Positions 18,301 to 28,860 of a stretch of 38,602 nucleotides of DNA are shown piece by piece. The notes under the pieces were generated by a model, which saw only the letters and a list, made by a program, of their open reading frames with translations, ran no database searches and had not been told where the DNA came from. Both the position numbers and the translations under genes were made by a program. Each line of letters begins with the position of its first letter. Position 1 is the stretch's first letter. The stretch lies in sequence record DRR378314_301. One strand, 5' to 3'.

Positions 18301-18896
18301 CCGGTGACGATGCCCTGGCCATCAGCGACCGCTTCGACAACCTGCGTACCCGACCGGATGGCGCTGTCTGCCGGGTGGTGATCGCGAGCGGTAACCTGTT
18401 GGAAGGCGCCGGGGGCTCCCGCCAGGTGCGGTTTCCCGCCTTGCTGGAGTATTGGGTGATGCACCTTGCGGGCAACTGTCGATTTGAGACCTTCCATACC
18501 CTGGTGATCGCCAAGGAGGAAAAACGGGTTGTCAGCCTGCCGCCCATGGACAGCCAGAGCTCCAACGAGTGCCTGTCTGCGATCCTTGATGGTTGGATAC
18601 AGGGCCAGACCCTGCCTCTGCCGGTTGAATCTGCAGCAGCGTTCGCTTATCTGCGGGGTCTGTACCCCTCCCGTGGCGAGGGCAGCGAAGACAAGGCGCA
18701 GCAGAAAGCGGCGGAAGCCTATGACAAGGCCATCGCCAGAGACAGCGGCTATCTGCGCCGGGCCTATCCGGATTTCCAACAGATGCTGGCGGATGGACAG
18801 TTCTCGCAGCTGGTATCGGCCCTGTATGAGCCACTCTGGCACGCGGAACAGAGTGGTCGTGGCAAAGGTGGCAGCAGAGCGGAGCGGTCGACATGA
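15309..18896 (+). CDS. recC: Exodeoxyribonuclease V subunit gamma
   Basis: LVQSNGIAQWLK, ADLFDQYQVFR, NPLLAAWGKQGRD, HSPQREVEILHD, TLMPMRAIPF, DRSRREDDRYLFLEA, HPLQPFS. Start at 15309 or 15288. Confidence 0.95.
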   Translation: MPATPTIEPGFHAIHANHLEDLRRAVVWICGNSPLPPLESETFLVQSNGIAQWLKLALAEDPAEAGGDGGMGIAAGMDFLFPARFIWQAYRAVLTSAGVPEQSPFDKSRLVWRLFRMLPQLIDEDEVFAPLRRFMAGSDTETRRYQLAGKIADLFDQYQVFRADWLADWEAGQDRLRMARGEFRELGDELRWQAVLWRALVDDVGEHAGTSRSRIHTRFMEEGQRLTAADRPHNLPRRIVVFGVSSLPKQALEALSILSRVSQVVLCVHNPSEFYWADIISDRDLLTADRKRGLSHPKLAALTDPDSLHQHANPLLAAWGKQGRDYIRLLDEFDNPDAYQGRLATPDGRIDIFTPHGDPGEPTLLHQIQDDIRALTSQAEMLAQARTLDQFRDDSVVFHDAHSPQREVEILHDQLLAAFNSNPELRPRDVIVMVPDVDTYAPHIQAVFGRYTSSSRRYIPFTISDQGQRHRQPVLIALDTLMALPESRFGVSEIISLLEVPAVRNRFGIAEADLPLVRQWVEGANIRWGLHSDHRSTLDLPDGLDRNTWQAGLRRMLLGYGTGRDAAWQGIEPFDEIGGLQASVAGNLFRFIDRLEDLWHQLRETATPAGWLALLQSLFERFFEDLSDDELLLINRLRRQAEQWQQDCDSAGMGDVELPLSIVREILLEGLEEGGLNQRFLAGKVNFATLMPMRAIPFRRVCLLGMNDGDYPRSRPPVDFDLMALDYRPGDRSRREDDRYLFLEALLSAREQLYISWVGRSIRDDSERPPSVLVSQLRDHLDAVWQVPDAEQKASAAMTVEHPLQPFSRDYFPTANRGPGEDSSPNVNEVLAARRRFTYDREWLSAHQSRDAEAEQSPLPYLSPAEPITLADVGAFMKRPVEIFYRRRLQVRFADVESVDTDNEAFAMDGLQHWRLEDELIRQAVMKADGEEDLQHRLDASLASMTRRGELGMGVTEVALARQLETRMPDLHRRYLEALTLWPEVVEEITGFEYQHRSGDDALAISDRFDNLRTRPDGAVCRVVIASGNLLEGAGGSRQVRFPALLEYWVMHLAGNCRFETFHTLVIAKEEKRVVSLPPMDSQSSNECLSAILDGWIQGQTLPLPVESAAAFAYLRGLYPSRGEGSEDKAQQKAAEAYDKAIARDSGYLRRAYPDFQQMLADGQFSQLVSALYEPLWHAEQSGRGKGGSRAERST

Positions 18897-21800
18897 CGGG
18901 AGGTATTACGGAGAGCATTCAGAGACTCGACCCCTTGACGTTGCCACTGCGCGGCAGCCAGTTGATTGAGGCCAGCGCGGGTACCGGTAAGACCTTCACC
19001 CTGGCCCTGCTCTATGTGCGGTTGGTCCTGGGGCACCGCACTGCCGAAGAACCCCTGGGTGAGGGCATCATGCCGCCCAACCTGTTGGTGGTCACCTTTA
19101 CCGAAGCCGCGACCAAGGAACTTCGGGACCGTATCCGCTCCCGTTTGACCGAAGCCGCGGCGCTGTTTGCGGCCAGTCCGGAAACCGTGGACACCACAGC
19201 CACCGGAAAGGACCCACTGGTCAATCTTCGCAACGCCTGTGCAGTGGAGGACTGGCCGGCATGCCGCCGGAAATTACTGCTGGCCGCAGAGTGGATGGAC
19301 GAAGCGGCGGTATCCACCATCCATGGCTGGTGTAATCGCATGCTCAGTGAACACGCTTTCGATAGCGGCAGCCTGTTCCGCCAGACTCTGGAAACCAGCC
19401 AGACCGACCTGCTGGACGACGTCACCCGGGATTACTGGCGCACCTTTATCTACCCCATGCCGCCGGAGCTGATGGGCGAGGTGCTGGATACCTGGAAAAC
19501 GCCGGAAAGCCTGCGCCAGTCCGTTCGCAACCTGTTGCCCCACGTTGAGGCCCTACCCGTGCCCGAGCGTGACCCGCTGGCCGCTGCAGAGGAGGCAAAA
19601 CGCCTGCGGGAGATAAAGCTGCAGACGCTGAAAGCCCCCTGGCCGGCCTGGTGCGACGAGCTGGACGACTTGCTCGCGGAAACCGCGAAGCGAAAGCCCA
19701 AGCCCCTGCATGGCACCACCAAGAATTCCGTTCAGAAATCGGTGGATTACCTGCGAGACTGGGCCACCTCTGACGCCACCGAACCCCATGAATTTCTGTC
19801 CAGCAAGCGCACCAAAGGCTTCGATACGCTTGAAGCCGACGCGTTTGCGGAGAAGTGGACCGGGGATGACGAGCCTCCCCATCACCCGGCCATGGACGCT
19901 GTCGCCGAGCTCAAATTGGCCCTCAGCAACATGCCCGTGGCCAAGCCGGACATTCTTGGCCACGCCGCCTGTTGGATCGCCCGGCGCCTGGACAGCGAAA
20001 AGCAGCGCCTCGCCAGCATGGGCTTTGATGACCTGCTTACACGGCTGGATGCTGCCTTGGGCGGTCCCCAGGGTGGCCGCTTGGCAGCCACCGTTCGGCG
20101 CCAGTTCCCGGTGGCGATGATCGACGAGTTCCAGGACACCGACCCGGTTCAGTACCGGATCTTTGACCGTATCTATCAGGTCGCGAGCAATGACCAGGAT
20201 ACGAGTCTGTTGATGATTGGCGACCCCAAACAGGCAATTTATGGCTTCCGGGGTGCGGACATCCATACCTACCTGGACGCCCGGCGGGCGGTCAGCCGTC
20301 GTACCTACACGCTGGGGACCAACTTCCGCTCTGCCGTTGCCATGGTGGACGGGGTTAATCGTGTGTTTTCTCAGGCCGACCAGGCGCTGCCGGAAGGGGC
20401 ATTCCTGTTTCGCCGGGGCGATGACAACCCGCTCCCCTTCAACCCTGTGGATGCCAAAGGCACCGAGCGGCGGTGGTCCGTCAAGGGTGACCCCCAGCCA
20501 CCACTGACGTTCTGGACCCTGGGAGACGACCGGTACATCGCCAAGGAAGCTGGACGGCAAGCCATGGCCGACGCCTGCGCGGCGGAAATCGCCCGTCTGC
20601 TGAACCTGGGCCAGGCGGGGGATGCCGGCTTTGCGGCGGAAGAACAGCCGCTTGAGCACTTGCGCCCAGAGCACATTGCCATCCTGGTGAACAAGCGTGG
20701 GGAGGCTGATGCCGTGCGGCAGGCGCTGAGCGCCAGGGGCATTCGCAGCGTTTACCTGTCAGACCGCAATTCAGTGCTGCAATCCGCGCAGGCGCTCGAG
20801 CTGCTGCAGTGGTTGCAGGCCTGTGCTGAACCCGGGCAGCTGTCAGGGATTCGAGCCGCTCTGGCCACCCCCACCATGGGGCTGTCCTATCAGGACCTGG
20901 ACCGTCTGCTCAGCGATGAAAATGCCCTTGACCGCGAAATCAGCCGTTTCCTGGGTTATCAGGACCTCTGGAGGCAGCAGGGTGTATTGCCCATGCTGCG
21001 ACGCCTGCTGATGGATTATGAGGTGCCCGCCAAGCTGCTTGCGGGACCGGACGGTGAGCGTGGCCTGACGGACATTCTTCACATTGCAGAACTGCTGCAG
21101 CAGGACAGCCAGCAACTGGATGGCGAGCACGCGCTGATCCATCACTACACGGAGATGCTGCGAGACTCGGACGACGAGGACGAACACCGCACCATGCGTC
21201 TGGAAAGTGACGCCGGGTTGGTCAAGGTTGTCACCGTGCACAAGTCAAAAGGCCTTGAATATCCGCTGGTCTTCCTGCCGTTTGCTACCGAATTTCGTGA
21301 GGAAAAGGCCAGCCAGGCCTTCATCAAGTATCACGACGATGAGGGCCGTTTGCACATTTCCCTCGAGCCGGATGAAAACGCCCTGGCCAGGGCCGACCAG
21401 GAACGGCTGGGTGAGGATATTCGCAAGTTCTATGTCGCCCTGACCCGTGCCCGCCATGCCACCTGGGTTGGCGCCAGTGGCATCAAGGGCTGGCGCCAAA
21501 GCGGTCTGGGGCACCTGGTTGGTCGTGCCGCCAGCGATGACGACACGGACCTGATGCCGTTCCTGCAGACCCTGGCCGGCGGTGACTCCGCAATCAACGT
21601 CATACCCGTGCCGGAGCCGGGTGATGATATCTATGCGGGCGATCATGAGCCTGAACTCGGCAACGCCCTTGAGCCGGTTCGCGAAGCCCGCGAGAACTGG
21701 TGGATTGCCAGCTATTCCGCCATTACCTATGGCGCCCGGAGTGGAATCGGCGACGACTTCGCCCCGGCCAGTGAGGACGCGGAGCAGGAAAACCTGCGTG

Positions 21801-22615
21801 ACGAGCAGGAGCCGGCCCTCGCGGACAGTCTGGTTGCGGACCATGTCACCGGAAGAGGCCACCAGCCGGCCAACCAGCATGGTTTTCCCAAAGGCTCCGG
21901 CCCCGGCACCTTCCTCCACGACATCCTGGAATGGTGCGCAACAGAGGGGTTCCGCACGGTGGTCGATGAGCCCGGCGCACTCCATGATCTGTTGGAACGC
22001 CGCTGCCAGTCACACAACTGGAGCGAGTGGGCGGATACCCTTAAAGCCTGGATCCCCACCCTGATCACCATGGATATTCCGTTACCGGACAGTCCCGACG
22101 GGGTGTGCTCCCTTGCCAGTCTCGGAACTTACCGGCCAGAGCTGGAGTTCTGGTTTGAAAGCCACTCGGTCAATACCCGTGCCATGGACCGGCTGGTCCG
22201 CCAGCATACCCTGGAAGGCGAGAACCGGCCCGAGGCCCTCGACGCAACCTTCAACGGCATGCTCAAAGGCTTTATCGATCTGGTGTTCGAATACCAGGGC
22301 CGCTACTACGTGCTGGATTACAAGTCGAACGTTCTGGGGGGCGATGATCAGGCCTATACTCCAGATCGGATGAAGGAAAAAATCCTCGAGAAACGGTATG
22401 ACCTGCAGTACGTCATCTACCTGCTGGCGCTGCACCGCCTGTTGAAAGCACGTCTGCCGGACTATGATTACGACACCCATGTGGGGGGCGCTGTCTACCT
22501 GTTCCTGCGAGGGTGTGATGCACCGGGCGCTGGCGTCTTTACCGAGCGGCCGGACAGAGCCCTGATCGAAGAACTGGACCGATTGTTCAGCGGCCAGGGG
22601 GAGCAAGCAGCATGA
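18893..22615 (+). CDS. recB: Exodeoxyribonuclease V subunit beta
   Basis: IEASAGTGKT, VTFTEAATKEL, IDEFQDTD, GDPKQAIY, VTVHKSKGLEYP, YVALTRA and nuclease motif GFIDLVF..LDYKS; ATGA overlap with recC. Confidence 0.96.
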   Translation: MTGGITESIQRLDPLTLPLRGSQLIEASAGTGKTFTLALLYVRLVLGHRTAEEPLGEGIMPPNLLVVTFTEAATKELRDRIRSRLTEAAALFAASPETVDTTATGKDPLVNLRNACAVEDWPACRRKLLLAAEWMDEAAVSTIHGWCNRMLSEHAFDSGSLFRQTLETSQTDLLDDVTRDYWRTFIYPMPPELMGEVLDTWKTPESLRQSVRNLLPHVEALPVPERDPLAAAEEAKRLREIKLQTLKAPWPAWCDELDDLLAETAKRKPKPLHGTTKNSVQKSVDYLRDWATSDATEPHEFLSSKRTKGFDTLEADAFAEKWTGDDEPPHHPAMDAVAELKLALSNMPVAKPDILGHAACWIARRLDSEKQRLASMGFDDLLTRLDAALGGPQGGRLAATVRRQFPVAMIDEFQDTDPVQYRIFDRIYQVASNDQDTSLLMIGDPKQAIYGFRGADIHTYLDARRAVSRRTYTLGTNFRSAVAMVDGVNRVFSQADQALPEGAFLFRRGDDNPLPFNPVDAKGTERRWSVKGDPQPPLTFWTLGDDRYIAKEAGRQAMADACAAEIARLLNLGQAGDAGFAAEEQPLEHLRPEHIAILVNKRGEADAVRQALSARGIRSVYLSDRNSVLQSAQALELLQWLQACAEPGQLSGIRAALATPTMGLSYQDLDRLLSDENALDREISRFLGYQDLWRQQGVLPMLRRLLMDYEVPAKLLAGPDGERGLTDILHIAELLQQDSQQLDGEHALIHHYTEMLRDSDDEDEHRTMRLESDAGLVKVVTVHKSKGLEYPLVFLPFATEFREEKASQAFIKYHDDEGRLHISLEPDENALARADQERLGEDIRKFYVALTRARHATWVGASGIKGWRQSGLGHLVGRAASDDDTDLMPFLQTLAGGDSAINVIPVPEPGDDIYAGDHEPELGNALEPVREARENWWIASYSAITYGARSGIGDDFAPASEDAEQENLRDEQEPALADSLVADHVTGRGHQPANQHGFPKGSGPGTFLHDILEWCATEGFRTVVDEPGALHDLLERRCQSHNWSEWADTLKAWIPTLITMDIPLPDSPDGVCSLASLGTYRPELEFWFESHSVNTRAMDRLVRQHTLEGENRPEALDATFNGMLKGFIDLVFEYQGRYYVLDYKSNVLGGDDQAYTPDRMKEKILEKRYDLQYVIYLLALHRLLKARLPDYDYDTHVGGAVYLFLRGCDAPGAGVFTERPDRALIEELDRLFSGQGEQAA

Positions 22616-24780
22616 CCGGGGAAAGCGGAACCATTCAGGACTTGTTTGACGCCCTTGAGCCAGAGCCGGCTCGGGTGCCCCGGACGGCCGCCGACGCCCT
22701 GGCCCTGCTGGACGAGTGGGTAGAGCGTGAGTGGATTCGAGCCCTTGATCATGCCTTTGCCGCGTTCGTCTGCACGATGGTTCGTGAGCAGGGTGAACAA
22801 CCGCCGGCCATGCTGGCACTGGTGGCGGCCATGGTCTCGCATCAGGTCGGGCGAGGGCACGTGTGCCTGGACCTTCAACACCTCTGTCGCGCGGCCGAAC
22901 CAACGCTGGTGCTGCCGCCGGAAGGGGGCGATTCGTTACCCGAACAGAGCCTGCGCCCTTCGGACCTGTTTGCCGAGGTTGGCGCGGAGGCGTTGATGGC
23001 CCTTCTCGGCAACAGCAGCGCCGTGGGCGACGGCAAGCAGACTTCACCGCTGGTGTTGGATGGCTCGCGGCTGTATCTGCGTCGATTCTGGCGCTACGAA
23101 CAGGCCATTGCCGCTGGTATACAGGCGCGCCTTGATGGCCCCGTGGCGCTGACGGACGCCAGCCTGCTGAAAACGGCGCTGGATGTTCTGTTCGGTGCCA
23201 CAGGCTCGTCCGATGGTCAGCCGGATTACCAAAAGATGGCCTGTGCCCTGGCGGCCCGCAATCGCTTCAGCGTGATCACCGGCGGCCCCGGAACCGGCAA
23301 GACCACGACGGTGGTGAACCTGCTGGCGGCTCTGCAGTCAATGGCGTGCCAGTCTGCAGGCCCGTCATGCGCATTTCCTTACCTGCGCATTCGGCTGTCG
23401 GCGCCCACCGGCAAAGCGGCGGCAAGGCTCAGTGAGTCGATTGGCGGGGCCGTCGATCGACTGCCTCTGGAGAGCCTGCCAGGTTCGCCGGACAAATCCG
23501 CCATTCCCACCCAGGTCACCACATTGCACCGGTTGCTGGGCAGTCGTCCGGGGTCACGGCATTTTCGTCACAACGAAGAAAATCCATTACCCCTGGATAT
23601 CCTGGTGATTGACGAAGCCTCCATGGTGGATGTTGACCTGATGGCCTCTGTCTTTGCAGCGCTGCCCGACAAGGCTCGGTTGATCATGCTGGGTGACAAG
23701 GACCAACTGGCTTCGGTGGATGCCGGTGCGGTACTGGGCGAACTTTGCCAGCGTGCGGAAGTCGCCCATTACCTGCCGGACGTGGCCGGATGGCTGCAAT
23801 CGGTGACCGGTGGGCAGTTGCCATCGGAACGGATAGACCCTGAGGGTCTGCCCCTCGATCAGGCGGTTGCCATGCTGCGCAAGAGTTATCGCTTTGATGA
23901 GCACAGTGGTATCGGTGTGCTGGCGTCGGCCACCAATGCCGGCAACGTCAGCCGGGCGCTGATTGACCAGTGCCGCAACCAGGGGTTCGAGGATGTCGCC
24001 TGGCTGACGAATCAGGCCGACACGGCGGTGTTGGCAAACCATGCCCTGACTGGCAGCCCGGACCGCTTTTACAGTGAGGGCCAAAACCGTGTGGTTGGCG
24101 ACACACCCGTTGACCCGCCGGTGGGCTATGGCCACTACCTGGCAATCATCCGGCAACGCAAACCCGATAGGGACGGTGACGGTCTCGGGCGTGAGCCCTG
24201 GGATGCCTGGGCAACGAAGGTGCTCAACGCATTCAATCAATTCAAGGTTCTCTGTGCATTACGTCAGGGGCCGTTTGGCGTGGAAGGGCTTAACCGTGAA
24301 ATCGCCGAGCGCCTGCGCCGCGCCGGCCTGATCGACCGTACGGAAGGCTGGTACGCCGGTCGACCGGTATTGATCACGGGAAATGACTATAATCTGGGCC
24401 TGATGAACGGCGATATCGGCGTCACACTGAGCGTGCCCTGGGATCGCAATGATGCGGGTGAGGTGGTCGAGACCCTGCGGGTGGCCTTCCCGTCCAGCGA
24501 CGGAAGCGGGACCATCCGATGGATATCGCCCAGCCGCCTGCAGTCACTGGAAACGGTCTACGCCATGACGGTGCACAAGTCTCAGGGCTCGGAGTTCACC
24601 CACGCCTGTCTGGTGATCCCCGATCGACTGGTTCCGGTGCTGACCCGGGAGTTGGTGTATACCGGTATCACCCGAGCCCGTCATTGGCTCAGCCTGGTGG
24701 TGAGTCAGGAAGGGGTGTTGAAAGCAGCGGTGGGGCGGGGCGTGATCCGGGCGTCGGGGCTCGCCAGGCTGCTGGTTTGA
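22612..24780 (+). CDS. recD: Exodeoxyribonuclease V subunit alpha
   Basis: GGPGTGKTT, APTGKAAARL, TLHRLLG, IDEASMVD, GDKDQL, AMTVHKSQGSEF, RELVYTGITRA; ATGA overlap with recB. Confidence 0.96.
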   Translation: MTGESGTIQDLFDALEPEPARVPRTAADALALLDEWVEREWIRALDHAFAAFVCTMVREQGEQPPAMLALVAAMVSHQVGRGHVCLDLQHLCRAAEPTLVLPPEGGDSLPEQSLRPSDLFAEVGAEALMALLGNSSAVGDGKQTSPLVLDGSRLYLRRFWRYEQAIAAGIQARLDGPVALTDASLLKTALDVLFGATGSSDGQPDYQKMACALAARNRFSVITGGPGTGKTTTVVNLLAALQSMACQSAGPSCAFPYLRIRLSAPTGKAAARLSESIGGAVDRLPLESLPGSPDKSAIPTQVTTLHRLLGSRPGSRHFRHNEENPLPLDILVIDEASMVDVDLMASVFAALPDKARLIMLGDKDQLASVDAGAVLGELCQRAEVAHYLPDVAGWLQSVTGGQLPSERIDPEGLPLDQAVAMLRKSYRFDEHSGIGVLASATNAGNVSRALIDQCRNQGFEDVAWLTNQADTAVLANHALTGSPDRFYSEGQNRVVGDTPVDPPVGYGHYLAIIRQRKPDRDGDGLGREPWDAWATKVLNAFNQFKVLCALRQGPFGVEGLNREIAERLRRAGLIDRTEGWYAGRPVLITGNDYNLGLMNGDIGVTLSVPWDRNDAGEVVETLRVAFPSSDGSGTIRWISPSRLQSLETVYAMTVHKSQGSEFTHACLVIPDRLVPVLTRELVYTGITRARHWLSLVVSQEGVLKAAVGRGVIRASGLARLLV

Positions 24781-24817
24781 ATGGCCACCATTGTTAACCC
24801 GTGAAGGGAGGAAACCC

Positions 24818-25291
24818 ATGAGAGCAATCGTAACGCTGCCGGGCTACGTGGCAACCCTGTACATGACAAGTCTGTGCGCACTTCTTGTGCTGGCCGGCTG
24901 TGTCAGCTCTTCAGCCACGGATCGTCCGGATAGCGACGTTGTGGCCATGCCGCTGACCAATACCTATTGGCAATTGGTGAGCATTGGCACAGAACCGGTG
25001 GCGGCCACCGACAGTGAACAGAAAGCTCACATTCTGTTTCTGGACGACGGCCGGGTAAGCGGCTTTAGTGGTTGTAATCAGTACATGGGCGACTATCAGG
25101 TCACGGGCGAAAACCTGCTGTTTGATTCTATGAGCAGTACCCGCAGGGCCTGCCCGGACAACATGACAGAGCAATTGCTGTTCGCGGCTTTGGCCAAGAC
25201 CGTAGGCGTCAACCTCGAAGGCATCGAGCTTCGATTGCTGGGTGAAACCGGCGAAGAGCTGGCGGTGTTTGAAGCCACGCGGATGAAGTAG
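24818..25291 (+). CDS. META (HslJ-like) domain lipoprotein
   Basis: RBS GGAGG; lipobox LAGC; LTNTYWQLV, GFSGCNQY and STRRAC motifs. Confidence 0.85.
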   Translation: MRAIVTLPGYVATLYMTSLCALLVLAGCVSSSATDRPDSDVVAMPLTNTYWQLVSIGTEPVAATDSEQKAHILFLDDGRVSGFSGCNQYMGDYQVTGENLLFDSMSSTRRACPDNMTEQLLFAALAKTVGVNLEGIELRLLGETGEELAVFEATRMK

Positions 25292-25310
25292 GGCTTCCGT
25301 TCGTTGGCCG

Positions 25311-25841
25311 TTAGCCTGCTGCCAGGCAACTGGCCATGAAGCCTCGGAACTCACTCACCAGCCGTTCCAGGCTGTTTTCCAGCCGATGTCCGTCCGGCAG
25401 CACCAGCAGTGGCAGTTGCTGTTCCCGTGCCAGCTCGATCACCGGCATCGGAAACACCACATCATCGTCCCAGCCGTGAATGATCTGGACGTGCCGGGCC
25501 TGAATCCGGGGGCTGGACTGGGGGTAGGCCGACATCGCCAGCGCCGGCGCCAGCAGGAAGCAGCCCAGTACCGGTGTTTCCGCGCTGGTGCGAGCACACA
25601 CCCAGCCACCCATGCTGGAACCGGCCAGGATGGTTCGCTCGGGCTTTGCACCCACCTCGTTCATTGCGTCTTTCATTTGCTGCAGGCGTTCTGCCGGGTC
25701 TTTGGTGCTGCGATGGTCCACGGCGATTGCGGTGACGCCGGGGAAGGTTTCCGCTTCCGCTTTCAGGGCCTGAACCTTGGTACCGCCGGGGCCACTCTCC
25801 AGGCCGTGGGATAGGAAAACATGAGTGTCGGGCGTAGCCAT
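25311..25841 (-). CDS. Small alpha/beta-fold hydrolase (YqiA-like esterase)
   Basis: SHGLES oxyanion segment, GSSMGG nucleophile elbow, HGWDD, GHRL. Confidence 0.85.
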   Translation of the reverse strand: MATPDTHVFLSHGLESGPGGTKVQALKAEAETFPGVTAIAVDHRSTKDPAERLQQMKDAMNEVGAKPERTILAGSSMGGWVCARTSAETPVLGCFLLAPALAMSAYPQSSPRIQARHVQIIHGWDDDVVFPMPVIELAREQQLPLLVLPDGHRLENSLERLVSEFRGFMASCLAAG

Positions 25842-25860
25842 GGTGCTCTCCGGTCAGGGA

Positions 25861-26865
25861 TCAATGTCGGGTGGCGGCCAGGATATCCAGCGCGCGCCGG
25901 CGTTTTTCTGGGTCGTAGAGGTCCACGGTGAACATCAGTTCGTCCACGTCCACCGTTTGCAGGAGTTGCTCCAGCTGTTCGCGAACCGTGTCCTCACTGC
26001 CGAGTAACTGCAGTGACAGGAAATCCTTCACGCCTGCCTTCTCGCCACTGTTCCACAGCCCGTCCATGGATGTGACCGGGGGCCGCATCCACAGTGGCTG
26101 GCCGCGGAACAGGGACAGGATGCGTTGGTAGCTGGTGGTAGCCAGGAATTGTGCCTCTTCATCGGTCTCCGCTGGCACGGCGGGCACCGCCAGAATCACA
26201 TAGGGTTTGTCCAACTGATCCGAAGGCTGGAAGTTGTCCCGGTAGGTCCGGATCGCCTCGCGGTAGAGCCGCGGCGCGAAATGGCCGGCAAAGGCGTAGG
26301 GCAGGCCCCGCATCGCGGCGAGCTGAGCGCTGTAAAGGCTGGAGCCCAGCAGCCAGATGGGGACATTGGTGCCGGCGCCGGGAATGGCCTTCACCGGCTG
26401 GCCGGGCTGGAGAGGCCCCAGCAGCATCTGCAGCCGCGCCACATCTTCGGGGAACTGTTCCGCACCCATGCCATCCCGGCGCAGCGCCCGGCTGGTCACG
26501 GGATCGGTGCCAGGGGCTCGGCCCAGACCCAGGTCAATCCGCCCGGGATAGAGGCTTTCCAGGGTGCCGAACTGCTCGGCGATCACCAACGGGGGGTGAT
26601 TGGGCAGCATGATGCCGCCGGAGCCCACACGGAGGGTGCTGGTGGCACCGGCAATGTGCCCCACCAGTACCGCCGTTGCGGAGCTGCTGATGCCTTCCAT
26701 GTTGTGATGCTCGGCCAGCCAGAAGCGGTTAAAGCCGAGGCTTTCGGCATGGCGGGCGTAGGCCACGCTGTTGGCCAGGGTCTGCCCCACGGAATCACCT
26801 TCGCGAACGGAGGCCAGTTCCAGAAGGGAGTAGGCAGGGAATTGGGCACGGGAAGACTGCGTCAT
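25861..26865 (-). CDS. Luciferase-like monooxygenase (LLM class, YhbW-like)
   Basis: [48 protein letters not shown] at 26865 has GGAG upstream; the longer ORF start runs through a terminator. Confidence 0.9.
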   Translation of the reverse strand: MTQSSRAQFPAYSLLELASVREGDSVGQTLANSVAYARHAESLGFNRFWLAEHHNMEGISSSATAVLVGHIAGATSTLRVGSGGIMLPNHPPLVIAEQFGTLESLYPGRIDLGLGRAPGTDPVTSRALRRDGMGAEQFPEDVARLQMLLGPLQPGQPVKAIPGAGTNVPIWLLGSSLYSAQLAAMRGLPYAFAGHFAPRLYREAIRTYRDNFQPSDQLDKPYVILAVPAVPAETDEEAQFLATTSYQRILSLFRGQPLWMRPPVTSMDGLWNSGEKAGVKDFLSLQLLGSEDTVREQLEQLLQTVDVDELMFTVDLYDPEKRRRALDILAATRH

Positions 26866-26901
26866 TGAATGCTCCGGGTCAGAACTATCCGGCAGCATAA
26901 C

Positions 26902-26931
26902 AAAAACCGGCCCGCGATAAAGCGGGCCGGT
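26902..26931 (-). terminator. Rho-independent terminator of the 5'-nucleotidase gene
   Basis: Minus strand ACCGGCCCGC-TTTATC-GCGGGCCGGT-TTTT, 13 bp after the stop. Confidence 0.8.
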
Positions 26932-26944
26932 GCGAGAGCATTTC

Positions 26945-28783
26945 CTAGGGAGCCGGCGGGGTGTAGGACTGGGTTGAGTACTCATCCAATGCCGGTTTGC
27001 TGATGGTGCCCTGTTCGTCGACATAGTCTACGAAGGACTGGGCGTAGTCGAGGAAGGTGTCCACCGAGCGACCGTCGTCGGTCACGGTACCAAAGGTCAC
27101 GTAGCCGTCCTGGCCGCCACCGGTAAAGCTGTTGGTGACCACGTTCAGGGTTTCGGCGTCGGTCAGGGCGCGCCACTGGGTCTCGTCGCGGCCTTTCACT
27201 TCGATGTTGTAGAGTTGGTCACCCTCGGCGCGGGTCATGTCCACGTCCCAGCGCAGGCCGGCGGCGTAGGGGTAGGCGCCGGTGGAGCCATCCGGGGCAT
27301 GGGCGAACGCTACGGCCTCGTTCAGCACCTGGCGGATTTCGGCGCCGGTCATGGTCAGGTCGACCAGGGTGTTGGCAAAGGGCAGCAGGGTGTAGGCGTC
27401 ACCAATGGTGATGTCGCCGGCCTCGATGTCGGTGCGCACACCGCCAGCGTTCTGGATTGATACGTCGGCGTTCTTGCTCAGGAACAGGAAGGCCTGAGCC
27501 ACGATGTTGGCGATGTCACCACCGCGTTCCCCGGTTGTTCCGGCGCAGCTTGGCAGGCTGCTGGTGCCCTGGCCGGGAATGCGCTCCAGGCAGAGGTCTT
27601 CCGTTGCGGTGCCCACCACCTCGTTGCGGAAGGTGTCCAGTTGCTGGGTGTAGTTGGCCAGGGCATTCGCCACGGTGGCGTCTTCGGTCACGATGCTCAA
27701 TTGCGGAGCTGCTTCGACAGCGTCCAGGATGCCCTGCAGCTCGGTGCCCTCGGGGGTGTACTCATTGCCGCCGTCGTCCTCGCGGACAATCTCGTCGCCC
27801 AGCAACAGGTGGGGCACGCCGGCGCAGGATTCAACAACGCCCTCGGCATCCCACTGGATGTTGAGTTCGCCCACCACCTGGGAATACTGCCAGGCCTGAG
27901 CAACACAGACCTTGTCGCCGTCGGCGTTGTTCAGTTCGGTGGGATAGGCACCGCCGGAGCTCAGGCCGTAATCGGCGAAGTCGCCCAGCAGGGTGTGGGA
28001 GTCACCACCGATGATGACGTCGACGCCGGACAGCGCCTCAGCCAGCACCAGGTCGTTGCTGTATTGGTAGTGGGTCAGCAGGATGATCTTGTTGACGCCG
28101 TCGGCCTCGAGCTCATTGATAGCGGCCTGGGCGCTCTCGGTCTCGTCCAGGAACTGAGTGGTGTCCAGCGGGCTGGAGCTGTTTTGGGTCTTGTTGGCGA
28201 TATCAATGCCGATGATGCCCACTTTCTGCCCGGCCACATCCTTCACCACATAGGGCTTGATGTAATCGTCAACAGCTGTCGGCGCCAGCGGTGTGCCGAC
28301 TTCGGGGACCACGTTGGCCGCCAGGACCGGCGTCTGGCAACTGCCGCTGGCGAGGAAGTCGAGGAACTTCTTCAGGCCTTCGTCGCCACGGTCGAATTCG
28401 TGGTTGCCCAGTGCAAAGGCGTCGAAACACACCAGATTCATCAGCTCGGCATCGGCTTCGCCCTCGTAGGAGGTGAAGTACAGGGTGCCGGTAATGGCGT
28501 CGCCGGCGTGCAGTTTCAGCACATTGTCCAGAGCCATCTCACGCTCTGCGATCTTGGTGGCAACGCGGGGGAACCCCCCGGCGGAAAACTCGGTTTCCTG
28601 GCCGGCAATGGTCAGGGACTGCGAGCCGCTCTCGAGGTGTGAGTGGTGATCGTTGATGTGCAGTACGTTCAGGCTCAGCGGGCCGGCCGAGGTCTCGTTG
28701 TCGTTGTTGTCGTTATCGTCGTCGCTGTTACAGCCGACCAGTGCGATTAAGGGGAGTAATACCCAGGCTGACTTGCGGATCAT
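26945..28783 (-). CDS. nadN: NadN/UshA-family 5'-nucleotidase lipoprotein
   Basis: Lipobox LVGC, Asp/Asn-rich linker, [56 protein letters not shown]. This motif pattern resembles Haemophilus NadN. Confidence 0.85.
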   Translation of the reverse strand: MIRKSAWVLLPLIALVGCNSDDDNDNNDNETSAGPLSLNVLHINDHHSHLESGSQSLTIAGQETEFSAGGFPRVATKIAEREMALDNVLKLHAGDAITGTLYFTSYEGEADAELMNLVCFDAFALGNHEFDRGDEGLKKFLDFLASGSCQTPVLAANVVPEVGTPLAPTAVDDYIKPYVVKDVAGQKVGIIGIDIANKTQNSSSPLDTTQFLDETESAQAAINELEADGVNKIILLTHYQYSNDLVLAEALSGVDVIIGGDSHTLLGDFADYGLSSGGAYPTELNNADGDKVCVAQAWQYSQVVGELNIQWDAEGVVESCAGVPHLLLGDEIVREDDGGNEYTPEGTELQGILDAVEAAPQLSIVTEDATVANALANYTQQLDTFRNEVVGTATEDLCLERIPGQGTSSLPSCAGTTGERGGDIANIVAQAFLFLSKNADVSIQNAGGVRTDIEAGDITIGDAYTLLPFANTLVDLTMTGAEIRQVLNEAVAFAHAPDGSTGAYPYAAGLRWDVDMTRAEGDQLYNIEVKGRDETQWRALTDAETLNVVTNSFTGGGQDGYVTFGTVTDDGRSVDTFLDYAQSFVDYVDEQGTISKPALDEYSTQSYTPPAP

Positions 28784-28815
28784 TTCCTTGCTCCTGTTTT
28801 TGATTTATCCCCCGC

Positions 28816-28860
28816 ATGTTCCGTGTCCCGGATGTCAGTGATGTGATGCTTTTGTTGCCG
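28816..28860 (-). promoter_or_regulatory. Pho-box-like triple repeat upstream of the nucleotidase
   Basis: Minus strand CGGCAAC-AAAA-GCATCAC-ATCA-CTGACAT (11-bp period), 10 nt, then GAACAT. Confidence 0.5.

Noticed and set aside
17619-21985. Long antisense ORFs (407, 373 and 246 aa) within recC/recB, and similar ones opposite other genes
   Set aside because: Shadow frames of conserved genes with no domain signatures.
15309-24780. Contiguous recC-recB-recD with no ptrA, and a long RecD
   Set aside because: This order is normal outside enterobacteria; catalytic motifs are intact and the extra length looks like loop insertions.
26131-26138. GCTGGTGG (E. coli Chi) octamers, here and at several other positions
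   Set aside because: Expected from common codon pairs in GC-rich DNA. Chi is lineage-specific, and enrichment needs a genome-wide strand-skew count.
26866-27024. 53-aa N-terminal extension of the LLM ORF
   Set aside because: It overlaps the nucleotidase 3' end and crosses its terminator; ATG 26865 has a good RBS.
28695-28725. GTC/GTT trinucleotide-rich tract
   Set aside because: It encodes the Asp/Asn linker of the lipoprotein; imperfect and in frame, not a contingency repeat or array.
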